A stretch of DNA of 63,565 nucleotides, filler included, from Neolecta irregularis DAH-3 (taxonomy: Eukaryota): NCBI GenBank assembly GCA_001929475.1. It is 19 parts of 19 records of this genome, joined end to end, with 100 filler letters (N's around TTAATTAATTAA, not from the genome) between each part and the next. Parts side by side here need not be neighbours in the genome. Positions count along the whole stretch, not along the records: positions 13,221 to 15,382 come from LXFE01001527.1; positions 15,483 to 21,763 come from LXFE01001528.1; positions 21,864 to 28,657 come from LXFE01001530.1; 16 more parts are not named here. One strand, 5' to 3'. Positions within the stretch are counted from its first letter, which is position 1, and every line of letters begins with the position of its first letter. Made by a program: the position numbers and the translations under genes. The notes under the pieces are model-generated. The model saw only the letters and a program-made list of their open reading frames with translations, had not been told where the DNA came from and did no database searches. This document shows positions 13,526 to 25,531 of the stretch, piece after piece.

Positions 13526-14375
13526 CGATGCGATTGGAGCCGGGTCTATTCCTGCGGTTGGTAATCGAGATTGGGGTGAGCTATGGAATGAATTCGTGGA
13601 ACTCCAGGCCATCACGGATGAAATCACATGAGCAATCGCCAAATGAACAACTTGAGACTGATACACGAGAATATGCTACTCCCCTACTTAATCAACTTAA
13701 GGCTGTCTTTTCAAGGGCTAATCTCACATTTTGGCGATCGAAGATTATGGATTCACTCGGTAATAACTCCATTTTGGAAAAGGTTAATTTTCTAAAGTCT
13801 TTATGCATTTCACTGTCACTTTTCTAACTGGAGTAAATTATTGGAACATCGGGAACTCGAAGGATGATGTTCAATATGGATTCTAATTGTAATAGAGTCG
13901 ATTACTGGTTAATAAGCACAGATCGTTTACCTTCAATGGCCCAGCAGCATTACGGATTGCTCAAATCTTTGTCGATTTGCCCTTCGCCACCTTCCAGATT
14001 TTATGTGGTCATTCCTTTTCTTGACGAGCTCGCAGCTTTTAGGGCTAGTGGAAAAACCATAAAATTTTACCAAGAGAATCAAGAGCGGCAACGACTGAAT
14101 CAGGCTCTCAATGAAAAGAGAGCTCACAAAGTCAAGGGTAAGGAAAATGAATCTCAGCCCATTATCACGTCGAAGAAAACTCAATGGGAAAACATGAAAT
14201 ACGACGTTCCAGTCGCTGATGGTCAGAAATGATTGCTTGATGATATTTTTGGCTATGTCAAGCCTGGGCAACTCACTGCTTTGATGGATGCTTCTGGAGC
14301 GGGCAAAACTACGTAATCTCCCATTGTGGTGCTTCTCACTTACATGTGAGTCTTCTTGATGTACTTGCAAATAGA
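13526..14375 (+). pseudogene. PDR/ABCG transporter fragments
   Basis: 13526-13880: DAIGAGS..GNRDWGELW..EYATPLLNQLKAVFSRANLTFWRS..YGFTR..LTGVNYWNIG. 14040-14375: [50 protein letters not shown]. Stops and frameshifts. Confidence 0.85.
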
Positions 14376-14444
14376 GACCTGCAGCACTACTATTTTTATT
14401 TACAGCGCACCTGAGGATCATCGAGACAAGTTTTATTGAATCAA

Positions 14445-15382
14445 CGCAGCCCTCCTCGCCCGTTACCTCTCCACCCTACTCACCCGTTACTGTCCCGCTC
14501 AATACAGTCCACCCTCCTTGCCTGTTACTGTCCAGCTCAATACAGCCCACCCTCCTTGTCCGCTCTGCATGTGGCATAACAACTGATGACCCCACCTTGT
14601 TTCAAAATCGTTGTGCTCTCTGGTAGGATCTCAATAATGGGTACATCTACACTCTTCAAACTGAAACAAAAACTGAAAATCTTCTAGTTGGTTATATTTG
14701 TGAGGTTACGAATATCCCTCCTTACCCATTACTGCCTGCCCTCCTCACCCATTACCGCCTGCCTTTCTTACCTGTTACCGGCTGCCTTCCTTGCCCTTTA
14801 CCACCTGCTATCCTCGCCTGTTATCGCCCGCCTTCCTCGCCTGTTGGCTCTACATGGCTTCAGCTTCAGGTGCCTGACTGCATATTCTCTAGTGGGCAGG
14901 CCATTTGAGCGCAGGTCGGAGATAAAGTGGAAGAAGAAGACGGTGCAGGGCTGCAGGGTGAGGGAGATGGGGCCGCAGGGAAATAGGTGCAACCAGACTT
15001 GCAAATAAGTAAAACTTTCAAGTAGAATGTGCTTGCTTACTTGCTTTGTAAGCAAGTAAGCAAGCAAGTCCGGCGGACAAAAATTAGCAAGTAAGCAAGT
15101 CCAAAATTTAGACTTGCTTGTTTGGACTTGATAGACTTGACTGTTTAAGACTTTTAATGAGACATTTAATATTTTCTTAATACTGCTACCAAATATCATC
15201 TTCATTGTCGCAGGATACATTATCTTATTGAAATGTCAATGCCAATCGTCAATATGGATTCCGGCGATCTTACCACAAAAGATATTTCGACTTTTCAAGA
15301 CCGGACACACAATATCGGGCGAGGAGGGCGGGGCAGTAATGGGCAGGAGAGTGAGAGGAAGTGAGTAGGGGAGTAAGAGGAA
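14445..15382. repeat. Cluster of dispersed GC-skewed repeat fragments and a MITE-like hairpin
   Basis: CCCGTTACTG-type units; 14839-14878 matches the reverse complement of ~45000-45040; 15317-15381 matches ~53970-54035; perfect 17-bp hairpin at 15030-15066. Confidence 0.7.
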
Positions 15383-15482
15383 NNNNNNNNNNNNNNNNNN
15401 NNNNNNNNNNNNNNNNNNNNNNNNNNTTAATTAATTAANNNNNNNNNNNNNNNNNNNNNNNNNNNNNNNNNNNNNNNNNNNN

Positions 15483-15771
15483 AACGGTTCTGGTTGGGCT
15501 TTCTATTATTATACGCTTACTAGGTTCGACGACGCGGCTCATCATGTAGCTGCCTTTTTGTCAGGTTGGATAATGCTCTATCCATTTCGATGGCGTTTTC
15601 GCTAAGAATCGATTCCGAAGTTTATCAGAATCAAAACTCTACAACCAGAATCTCATAACCCATCTGTATCCAATATCCCATTGGGTCATAGTAAAACCTA
15701 ACCGCCGACCCCCGGCTGTTGTAGAGTATGGAGTCTTCAAATTGAATTGGATCTGGCATTCTCCAATCTAT
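15483..15771. repeat. Direct repeat, copy 1 (of 21479-21763)
   Basis: Near-identical ~285-bp sequence with a few substitutions and one short indel block. Confidence 0.9.
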
Positions 15772-16020
15772 TCGAGCGAGTGCGCATTTTCACAACATTC
15801 CATAGGCAGCCTCGGAATTTCATCAATCACAGCAAGCAGCTCCATCACCAAATACTAAATGTACTCTGGAAGTGGTACCAATATTTGTACCGTTGAATCC
15901 CTCGTGCTGTTACGTAGGTTGTCTATTGCAATAGAATCGGTTTGAAAATGTCTGTTTAAACTCTAGGATATATAGCTGTGATGCTAGGATAGGGTAACTC
16001 GATATATGATAGATACTTGT

Positions 16021-17094
16021 CTATTCCAACCCCTGATCGACGATGAGCAAATGACTAAATTCTTCTAGGGCAACAGGACCTCTGACTTCCTTTGTCAACA
16101 AGGGAACTTTAACGACGTGAAAATCCTGTGCGTAGAGTTCGATGTATTGTTCTAGGTACTTTCTTTGCATTTTGTATCTAGCTGAACATTGATCGCACGA
16201 GGCGTGTCTGACTAGTTGGTTCACGACGATGTTGTGGGTGTCGATGTGAAAAGAGGTTAAATCTTGAATCATGCGTTCCTGGGGTTAGTTTTGAAGAGGG
16301 AGGGGATACTGTTTCGTAGAGAGAGAGGAATTCGGAGATGCAGACGCATATGAATGTGGTCAAGTCGGGATTTGTGAATTGTTTGTTGACCTGGTTGATG
16401 GTTTCTCTCATTCCCTCTAATTTTTTGAAAACGTCGTCGGTGCCGTCTTGCAAGCCCATCATTCCGGAGACTTGATTCATCATGGGGCCTAGGCGGCCGG
16501 AGATACTTGATATTTTAGCGAGGGCTTTTTCTAGGACGGTGGGGAATTGGAGGAAGCGGAGGGTGTGGCCTGTTGGCGCGGTATCGAATACGACGACGGA
16601 GTATTCCATTGATTTTACCTGTTTCATTACTTCTGTGAAGGACATTGCTTCGTCGATGCCGGGGACGGCCATGCTTAGATCCTGCATTATATTGGACATG
16701 GGGTTTGAGGAATCTGCGCCGGATTGGATTATTTCCTGCAGGGACGAAGTGGAGTCTATTTCCTGCTTGTTAGAAGATCAGGGGATGGCGGACCATTGCG
16801 CAGAGGTTTGGCACGCCGTCTACTTTCCGTGCTTCTTTTCCGAATTTCTGGCCAAAGGCATCGGAGAGGTTGTGTGCGGGGTCTGTGGAGATGAGCAGGA
16901 CGGATTCTCTGGATTGTGCGAGCTGGATAGCGAGGGAGCAAGAGGTTGTTGTTTTTCCTAGGGTCAGCACGGCGGGGGCACAGCGTACCGACGCCGCCCT
17001 TGCCGCCGACGAATATCCACTTTAGGGATTTCTGCAGTACGACGTTCTGCAGGGTCGCGGGGAGGATTTGGTCGCCGGGAAGGGGATCGGACAT
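16021..17094 (-). CDS. GET3: ArsA/Get3 ATPase (tail-anchored protein targeting)
   Basis: [15 protein letters not shown]-loop split by an intron; [45 protein letters not shown]; 3 introns. Confidence 0.95.
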
Positions 17095-17130
17095 GGCAGA
17101 GGGTGGTGGAGATGTGTATATTACAACTAG

Positions 17131-17460
17131 CTACTCTGGCTGCAGCGTGCGCACCACCGCATTGACCTGCAGCACGCTTGCGAGCAGCCGCGCCCACGAG
17201 TCCTGGAGCGGGCGCAGGGCGGACTCGTGGGCGTGCAGCTGGGCGAGCTTGCGGGCGCGGTTGCAGGCGTCTGTGGAGGCGCGCAGGGCGTCGAGCTGGG
17301 CGTCGAGGCGGCGGCAGAGGGCCTCCTGGGCGGCGGCGGCGGCGATCCAGGCGCGGGGGCCGTGGGCGGCGAGGAGGGCGAGGTTGTCGAGGCGGGCGAG
17401 CAGGTAGGTGGAGAGGACGGCGGCGGTGCGCAGGGCGGCGGGCGAGGGCAGCGGCGGCAG
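17131..17460 (-). CDS. cwf7: Pre-mRNA splicing factor SPF27/BCAS2/Cwf7, 3' part (5' end in N gap; missed by ORF track)
   Basis: Manual translation ..STYLLARLDNLALLAAHGPRAWIAAAAAQEALCRRLDAQLDALRASTDACNRARKLAQ..LRPLQDSWARLLASVLQV..* fits the BCAS2 pattern (NL.LL..G..AW...N..RK..Q...L...W). Confidence 0.75.
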   Translation of the reverse strand: MPPLPSPAALRTAAVLSTYLLARLDNLALLAAHGPRAWIAAAAAQEALCRRLDAQLDALRASTDACNRARKLAQLHAHESALRPLQDSWARLLASVLQVNAVVRTLQPE

Positions 17461-17557
17461 GNNNNNNNNNNACGACTAGGTATAGGTGCAATCCTGAATT
17501 CACCAAAACATAATTGCTAATATAAAATGATTTCTAGCTGGCCATTTCTTTAGTTAG

Positions 17558-17997
17558 TGTAAGTATGTTGCATGTACAAAGTTCCGTCGTGATCGCACTG
17601 TCACATGATCCGCGACAAATCTTGCGAGCAGAGCTTGGCAAAGGCAATCACTCCACAGCTATACAACCAACCAACAGATTCAAACGAAACGACCACTATC
17701 GGGATCAGAATTTAAAGGCGAAACTAAATGTCGGCCAACAAATGTGGGTGGTTCAGATCTCTTGGGGGTCGGGAGGCTTAGAAACCAGTCGAACAGCCCG
17801 TCGGCGGGCGGTTTCACTCACCGGCTCTAAGAACTTTAGTTCTTACCAGACACGTGATAGAGGTTGTCGGAGTGGCAAGTATATAAACGAGCGGGGTTAC
17901 GCTGCGATATCTAACCAAGTACAATCGCTTAGGTTAAAGTACAATTACTTAGGTTAGAATATACCGGGTCTTGATCGTATTTCGGCGATCGCTTACA
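17558..17997 (+). mobile_element. Solo LTR-like repeat (TGTAAG...CTTACA)
   Basis: Terminal inverted hexamers; interior matches 5915 and 31375; no TSD seen. Confidence 0.7.
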
Positions 17998-18200
17998 CCT
18001 ACGAATCTACCCAAAACTGCAGTTCACATGTTTCAGGGTCACTAATTGTAATATTTCGGTCACGAGGGCGTTGTCACACGAATATAATGCTAGGAGAAAA
18101 AGGGGTGGTGGCAGTTGGTGATAGAGGATAGGCAAAATGTGTCATGTGCAATGGTTCTGCTGAAGAGACTGTTGCGATATTTCGGATGAAGGAAGGTGTG

Positions 18201-18467
18201 TGTAAGGGTATACAGTTTGGTATACCTCACACGCATAACATAGAAAAGGGGTATACATATTTGTATTCCTTAAATGCAGGGCAAGGATGAAGCAAGGTTA
18301 TCGCGCAGGAACATTGCAATATTTTAAAGAGTATACAAGGGAAGCGGATAAGGACTATCTAGCTAAGATTCTCGTATCTTAAGCTAGGTATGTCCCCGTT
18401 GAAGATTCTCGTATCTTAAGATAGAAATATATCCTAGTCTTATTTGTACTGAGATCTCACTCTTACA
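18201..18467 (+). mobile_element. Solo LTR with 5-bp target-site duplication
   Basis: TGTAAG...CTTACA ends flanked by GTGTG (18196-18200 and 18468-18472); related copy at 49141. Confidence 0.85.
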
Positions 18468-18806
18468 GTGTGCCTTTTGTTAATGACTTCCAGAGTCTGC
18501 TGATAGGAAATGAGGGAAGCAGTGGCAAAAGATAGGGGTGATGAGCAGGGTGTGGAGATTTGATTCGGACGGTGTTGCGCATTGCCGGAAATAACCGGAC
18601 TACGTTACAAAGGACTGGATGTGATACTGCAAACCAATCGAATAACAAACCGAAACAGCGTTCCTAGCGAAAATGCAATTTCATCTCTGCCGCCTAAATT
18701 CCCTCGTGAGTGTACTATTGAAAGAAAGTTGTTTGAGTCGATAACTCAATTATCCGGTCAGGCTGTACTGAAAAGTATAAAGGGTCGCTCAAAGTTTTAA
18801 ACAGCA

Positions 18807-19739
18807 ATGCTTTTTCTTTCGATTTTCCTCCCTGTTGTGACTTCCTTTGTCCTGGGAAGGCGAGATTCCAGGCGAATTTGCGACCAACAAGGCAGGGCCT
18901 ATGTCGGGAAATATATACTTTGTAAAGACCATTTTCACAACTCTCTGACCAAAGATAACAATCTCTGGAATGCAAACGGCTATGAAGGAAGTCAGTGTCT
19001 GGAAGCCCCGTCATCCCAAGCTAACCCGACTTCTTGGTCGAGCAATTGGAATTGGAAGTTTTACGGTGATCCTGAGAAGGACAAGTTTACATATTTTCCC
19101 TAATCATCGCTTATCTGAAAGTCAGGTGAAATCATTTTCAAATGTTTATCTGCAGGGTTTACCCAAAGATATTTCAACTATTCAGTCAATACCATCAACA
19201 TGGAGTTGGAGGTATGCGCGCCTTCTCTATTTCATTATTGACAACTTGAGCTATTCTGGGAATAGTGTAAGAGCAGACGTAGCTTATGATCTATTCCTCG
19301 GACAACATAGTGATTCGAGGCCCGATGTTGAAATCATGATCTGGTATCTCTATACTGTTTTATTTTCTAAATGCTCGGTAGGGTTGGAGCACTCGGTGGA
19401 GTACTTCCAATATCTAACGGGGATAAGGCTGTAAATCTAGATCTCGAGGGAATTAATTGGAGTCTTTACCATGGAATTACTGATTTTAACGGTTTCACGA
19501 CCCAGGTTTATTCGTTCGTGGCAAATTCTGGACAACTCCGAGACTTCAAAGGCGATATCAACCAGTTTATCACCCACTTGAAAAACGAGGGATATTTTTC
19601 TTCAAAGTACTATTTGCATACCCTGGATGGTATATTCTTTGTTTTAAAAACTGTGATTAATGGAATAGCTGGAACCGAAGCCTTCTCAGGAGAAAATGCA
19701 ATCTTCGACACCTCCGTGTACAGCGTCGATTTATTGTAA
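18807..19739 (+). CDS. Secreted GH12 endoglucanase/xyloglucanase
   Basis: Signal peptide; YIL-YNNLW, VKSFSNV, SIPSTWSW, DVAYDLF, EIMIW (nucleophile Glu), GTEAFSG (acid/base Glu); ~5 short introns. Confidence 0.92.
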
Positions 19740-20220
19740 AGTCGGAGCAGGATGATTTACATAATTCTTTGATTGGTTAAACTCTATTATTCACTCTGAT
19801 TAACGAAATCGAACCTTTAACAATCTCTTTTTTTCAAGCAGTAAATATATATTTGCTAGACTGTAGAAATTAAAAGTTTACTGTGAAGTTATCCTGTCTA
19901 TCAGATTGTGGTACTCTAACGATATTCCGTCGCAACAGATCAAAACCTTGAACCAGTTGATAAAGATGGATCAATATAACAATACATACCGGGGTAGCGG
20001 AATAGCGGCTTGAATAAAACATTTGATAAAAACCACTTTTTTACAAGGGAATTATTTCAATCAAATTTCTAGTTTTACCGTAATTGAAAACTTGTCATCA
20101 AAGAATGCGAATGACGATCCAATAAGCTATCCTTTGAAAAACATAAAATACCCAAGCTACCCATAAAAAGACAAAAGGAAATATGATAAAAACTCCAAAG
20201 CGCAAAGGTTAACTCGACGT

Positions 20221-21064
20221 CTACATAGCCATTTCCGCCTGCAGTGCTCTCAACTCTGCTTCTTCCTCGTCCTCTTCTTGAACTTTCTTCTTCCTCTCCG
20301 CGGTGGTTGGTGCTGAAGAATTAACTTAATGTACGCAAGATGGTACCTTTTGGAAGGGCAGTTGGGGTCTTTCCAACTTGTAGCATTTTTTCGTCGAGTT
20401 CTTCTTGTTCGAGTTCCTTGAGTTCTTGGAGCAAATCCTCCTAAAATTTCAAAAAAGGCCAGAAGAAATGATTTGCATACCTCATCGAGTTCGGCAATGC
20501 CACCTAGGGGGCGGGAAATTACATCTGCAATCTGATCCCCCAGAGCCATTTGTTCATGTATCTCGTCCATTGTAGCATCTACCTTGTCGACATTTCTGCG
20601 TAGAATTAGTTTAAAACGAATGATGGGACGTACAATCTGCCATGTATACTCTTCATTGCAGACGACCCCTTCTTCATAGCCAGCATTGTCTCGTAATTGA
20701 TATTCGCAGTCTCAATAGCTGTAACTTGAGTCTCTATCGCATCTTTTGTATCGCTCGTCTTTTGAAGATCCGATTCGTACGCCTTCTTCCGTTTCAAAGC
20801 TTGCAGAGCAACTATTGCAATAAATACCCCGTTCCTCATAAAATTTAAAAAAAGAAACAAAGCGCAGATTTCAAAAGATATACCTTTCTTGTCTTTATTA
20901 TGTGCATTTGCCTTTGCGATATCGAGTTGAGTATCAATTTGTCTCCTTAGATGATTCTCGCGTTTCTCCAATAATGAAATTTGTTCGCGTAACTGAACAA
21001 TAGCTTCTTTCGGTGCATCCTTTCTGCGTTTCGAACCGCCAAACCAATCGAGCCACGCAGACAT
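20221..21064 (-). CDS. SNF7: ESCRT-III subunit Snf7/Vps32
   Basis: MSAWLDWFGG..KDAPKEAIVQLREQ..ALQALKRKKAYE..IETANIN.ET..VDATMDEIHEQ..ELRALQAEMAM*. Confidence 0.93.
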
Positions 21065-21346
21065 CAGATTGTTAAAAGGATAACGGAGATGTCGGGAGAG
21101 GTGCTCTGGTTGATCCGGTAAGAATCACGTGTTCTAGTTGCATAGCACGGGTTTATCCGCGCTTTTTCGTTTGAATTTTATTCCCTTTGCACGCTTTACA
21201 GAAACCAAGATGTATTCTTTTTGCTATTCATCAAACGTTAAAAATGTGTAACTTAAAAATAGTAACGTGAATCAGTAAACATCACGACATTAGTAAATGC
21301 CAGTATATCACGTATAGCCAATTAACATAAAAACGAACAGAAAATC

Positions 21347-21428
21347 TGGAGATATGGGGAATCGAACCCCAGACCTTCTCCATTGCAGTGCTTGCTAAGA
21401 AGATGTTATACCACTAAACCATATCCCC
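21347..21428 (-). tRNA. tRNA-Ala(AGC) with 10-nt intron
   Basis: GGGGATA/TATCTCC acceptor with the G3:U70 Ala identity pair; anticodon stem TCTTC/GGAGA; loop TT-AGC-A + intron AGCACTGCAA; T-arm TGGGG-TTCGATT-CCCCA; T-runs downstream. Confidence 0.92.
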
Positions 21429-21478
21429 ATTGCTGGAAACTGCGTTTTAAGATGCGAATATAAGCCTGTCGTAGAAAA

Positions 21479-21763
21479 ACGGTTCTGGTTGGGCTTTCTA
21501 TTATTATACGCTTACTAGGTTCGACGACGCGGCTCATCATGTAACTGCCTTTTTGTAAGGTTGGATAATGCTCTATCCATTTCGATGGCGATTTCGCTAA
21601 GAATCGATTCTGAAGTTTATCAGAATCAAACTCTACAACCAGAATCTCATAACCCATCTGTATCCAATATCCCATTGCATGTTGGAAAACCTAACCACCG
21701 ACCCCCGGCTGTTGTAGAGTATGGAGTCTTCAAATTGAATTGGATCTGGCATTCTCCAATCTA
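21479..21763. repeat. Direct repeat, copy 2 (of 15483-15771)
   Basis: Sequence identity with the copy at 15483; runs into a gap. Confidence 0.9.
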
Positions 21764-22345
21764 NNNNNNNNNNNNNNNNNNNNNNNNNNNNNNNNNNNNN
21801 NNNNNNNTTAATTAATTAANNNNNNNNNNNNNNNNNNNNNNNNNNNNNNNNNNNNNNNNNNNNCCAGTTGCCTTGGTACCAATAACCGGATAAAGAGTCT
21901 AGACGATGACTGGTTTGTAATAAAAGATCCAGATAGTAGGTCCTAATTCAACTTTTCAGGTTGGTTCATTCAAACCAACTGAACAGTGCAAGTTAAGGCA
22001 AGCTGAAGTCATTGGCAGTTGCGCTAAGCCAGACTGAACGGTAGGTTCTGAATTGACAGTTTCAACCTTGCCTCCTAAATATAGCCTACATAGGTAGTAC
22101 AACAAGATAAAAGACGGCGTCGACGAATAATTATCCGCTCAGTTGCTGGGACTCGAAAGCCGAATGATCGAAATTATTCACCTCAGTTAATTGATATCAT
22201 CAAGTCGCTTCTTGCTAAAATTCATCGAACCTGGCATTAATAAAGAGCCAAATAAGTAAACAGAAGATCTACAATGAACTGCCAACGCCTTCGAGAATAA
22301 TTGAAATCCTTGCACGATGATCTTGATTCCCAAGGAAAATTTAGG

Positions 22346-23623
22346 TCATCCTCTTTGTTCCTTTAATGGGTTCTGTGACTTTCTCCATTCCATGAATTCT
22401 TTCGTCAGAAAACACAGTTCTGTCTCTGGAAGTTTGTAGACCTCAACACCTTCTCCTCCCCGAAATTGCAGTCTCCAAACTGCATCTCCCTTGGGTATAT
22501 TCATCCGTAACCATTTCATAACTCCTTCCGCGAAAGATATAGCAATGTTCGCATTCCATGGGCTATATCCGGAGGGCTGTCTCACGATCCCAGGAATCTT
22601 TTGCGTCTCAAAAGTCCGAATTGATTGAAGGAGACCCGAATCTGACCGAAAACCAACTATAACTTTGGGTACGCCAAGAAGGAATGACTGAGCCCAGAAT
22701 TTAAGAAGTTTATGGCGCTCGAATATTGATCTATCTTTTGGTGACTTTTGAGATTTGGAGGTCTTTAATTCGACGTAGTGAGAAAGAGGGCTCTCGGGCG
22801 GTTCAGGCTTGTAATCTAGTAGAAGTAAATTATCAAAATTAAGAGAACGAGCAGAACATACCCCATACACAGTCGACTTCTCCGCCGAGGATCAAACGAA
22901 CTTCTCCGATTCGATATCTTACCACGGAGGCATACTGCGGTGTGTTATCTACAATATTCCCCTCTCTCGTCTCTATTTCTGTTCGACTAGACGCCTCCCA
23001 AGGCTTGTTCAAGGTACAAACGGTCTCGAATTTATAGCCCATGTACGTTCCAAGTTTTTGTTGCTCATTCTGATTCAGGTTTTCGTTTTGCTTTTGCATC
23101 GGCACTACTGCCTCTTCAATATAGCTGACGTTAGTCTTACATATTTTCAAATCCATACATAGTGTCCTAAAAAGGTCAATTACAACTTGAGAACGAGGTT
23201 TAAACATTCATCAAATCTGCAAACATTCATCTCCCAGGTATCTCTCCGGGCGAAGGGCGTACATGCCAGTTTAGTAATCATTCCGCGCCATGTGATTATG
23301 TCGATTTCACTATATATTCTCGCAGTCTCCTTTTCATGAGCAATGATTGCCGTCAATAGAGCATCAAGATGTTCCGGATCTTCGTCTCGTTGTCTGAATT
23401 TATCCGGGAATCCGGCTGACAGATCTGATCCCAGATTCGCAGGGTAGTAATACCGCTGTATGGCGATCAGAAGTTATATCAATGGAAGAGCGCGCACAAG
23501 CTGTGAAGTATCGAGATGAACTTTGCGATTTTCATCAAAGCTGAAACATGTGATTTCGCAGGGTTCTGTAATAGTCCGAGGCTTTATAAATCGGTTAATG
23601 GGTTCAATTGGAAACGAATGCAT
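22346..23623 (-). CDS. RAI1: Rai1/DXO decapping nuclease
   Basis: EPCEITCFSFD..RYYYP..DPEHLDALL..IITWRGMITKL..YMGYKFET..LGGEVDCVW..YVELKTS..KLLKFWAQSFLLGVPKVIVGFR. Confidence 0.93.
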
Positions 23624-24315
23624 CTTCTTTCTGGATGAAGTGCAACTTGAGGATTAAATAAAACGCGTTAAACCGAAATCTTAAACTCCGTTCACCACCT
23701 TTTATTATTTTCTTTGATGAATTGTTCGAGCTGATATTGAGTGACTAAGGATAACAAAGAGCTGAAATTTTATGTGCGTTTGCATTATTTTCCGGCACCA
23801 TCGATTAGCATTGCCGTTCGAGAAACGACGTATCAGCAGTAGTTATATGCGTCGTCTCTCAGTAGGGTTCTATATGAACTATGAGCTTGCTAACTTGTGG
23901 CCTAATATTAGTCTTTTATTGCAGAGTCAGTGTAAGAATCGTTGACACATTTGTGCATCGTATGTTACAAGAGAAATACGAAAGAACTCCACTCTCTAGG
24001 GTTATAATTGGTCGGATGTCAATAGAAGGCGAGTTTCAACAGGAAAATTTGCAACAAGATGATAGTGCAACTTGAGCGCGAGCACAAGAATACCTTCTCT
24101 CCAACTTTATATATATCTCCTCAACAGATACAGTAAAACCCGAGCTTACTGGAAAGGTCTGCATCTTGATGAAACCATAATTCAATGCCTCGAAAAATCA
24201 AAGACTTGAAAGCCACCCGAACCAAACACAAATAGCGTGCACCTCTTATTTTGCAGTACGTTTCAGCGAAAAATCAGAATGTTTCTAGGGTGGTTTAATT
24301 CAAGCGACCACCGGT

Positions 24316-24993
24316 TCACAGAGGCATCTTTTGCCATCGTTGTTTTGGATTTTCCGGCGCTAGCTTTGTAGGGTTGCCACTTTTGTACAACATGGTATTT
24401 CCTGATACGCTGATTCCAATACCATGATTTGGATAGTCGCTCTCTGATGCTGGTTGACTAAAATTGTCTTCCTCGTCAGGATCTTCATGAATGACGCTAC
24501 AAGAGCTTTGTCTGTATGTTTGTGCGCTAGGTGGTCTTCTCCTGTCTTCAAACGAATTCTGCACTGGCCTATCATCGAGAATTGGGATTGAATAAGGAAC
24601 TTCCTCGTACTCTTGAGGGGAGCTTGTCCATACTGAAATTGCTCGATATATAAGTGCGCTAACAAGTCCGAAGCCGATTCCGATGATAGCCGCCATTCCA
24701 AAGAAGATATATACAGCATATAGGCGAGCTATGGCGTCAAATGAAAACGATATCGGTCGGATAATGATATATTTGAACATTAATTCGACAAAGATAATTA
24801 GAGGTCGAAGGATGTAGAAGAGTGTGCGAATGAGAAACCACGCCGGAGAGAACAGTAATAAAATAAAGCGAAAGAGTAGCTGTCTCTGATGATCTTGATG
24901 GAGAGGATCGGTGTCTGGGGCTCGAAGACCAGCAACATATCTCGTATTTGAGGAGCTCTCGAAAGCAAAAACAATGGGGAGGAGCACAGACAA
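24316..24993 (-). CDS. Hypothetical membrane protein (start uncertain)
   Basis: 225-aa ORF with hydrophobic segments (YIFFGMAAIIGIGFGLVSAL) and an acidic tail. Confidence 0.55.
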   Translation of the reverse strand: MSVLLPIVFAFESSSNTRYVAGLRAPDTDPLHQDHQRQLLFRFILLLFSPAWFLIRTLFYILRPLIIFVELMFKYIIIRPISFSFDAIARLYAVYIFFGMAAIIGIGFGLVSALIYRAISVWTSSPQEYEEVPYSIPILDDRPVQNSFEDRRRPPSAQTYRQSSCSVIHEDPDEEDNFSQPASESDYPNHGIGISVSGNTMLYKSGNPTKLAPENPKQRWQKMPL

Positions 24994-25531
24994 TAGATGA
25001 CTATGTCTGATACGCGTACTGAATTGTCAAACATTTAGATTCGCCAAGATCATACGTGCGACGCATTTCGGCTATCTGAAACAAGAGTGCGATAAAGGTC
25101 TGGTGATCGTATAGCACAGTTTCAAGAATGGAGACGTTGCGACCGCCCCGAATTCGAATTTTATTTTTTAGGACAAAAGATATTCGAGTGGCATTTAAAT
25201 TCAATTATACGGTGCTGAATCTCCACCTTCTTTAAATGTGTTCAATCTCAACACAGTTTTCTATGACGTAATGAATTTGAGTTGCCAACCGAACCATTTG
25301 ATCACAAAATTCTCATCACCTAACCAAGTGTATACAGCATGCTGGATGCAGGCTGAAGCAGATTTGTTAAATATGGCACCAAATATCAAGTGGCCATGAT
25401 ATGAACTGGGGAGTATGATTTAGAAGACTAACTGGCCGAGATAGGTCCCACCTTGTGAAAGTTACAAATAGATATTTTTGAAAGGAAGAAACATGTCCAA
25501 AGTTAAAATTCGCTTAATTTAATCAGATCAG

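Noticed and set aside
16946-17520. Several Arg/Pro/Gly-rich ORFs from the track
   Set aside because: Shadow frames of the GC-rich cwf7/GET3 sequence.
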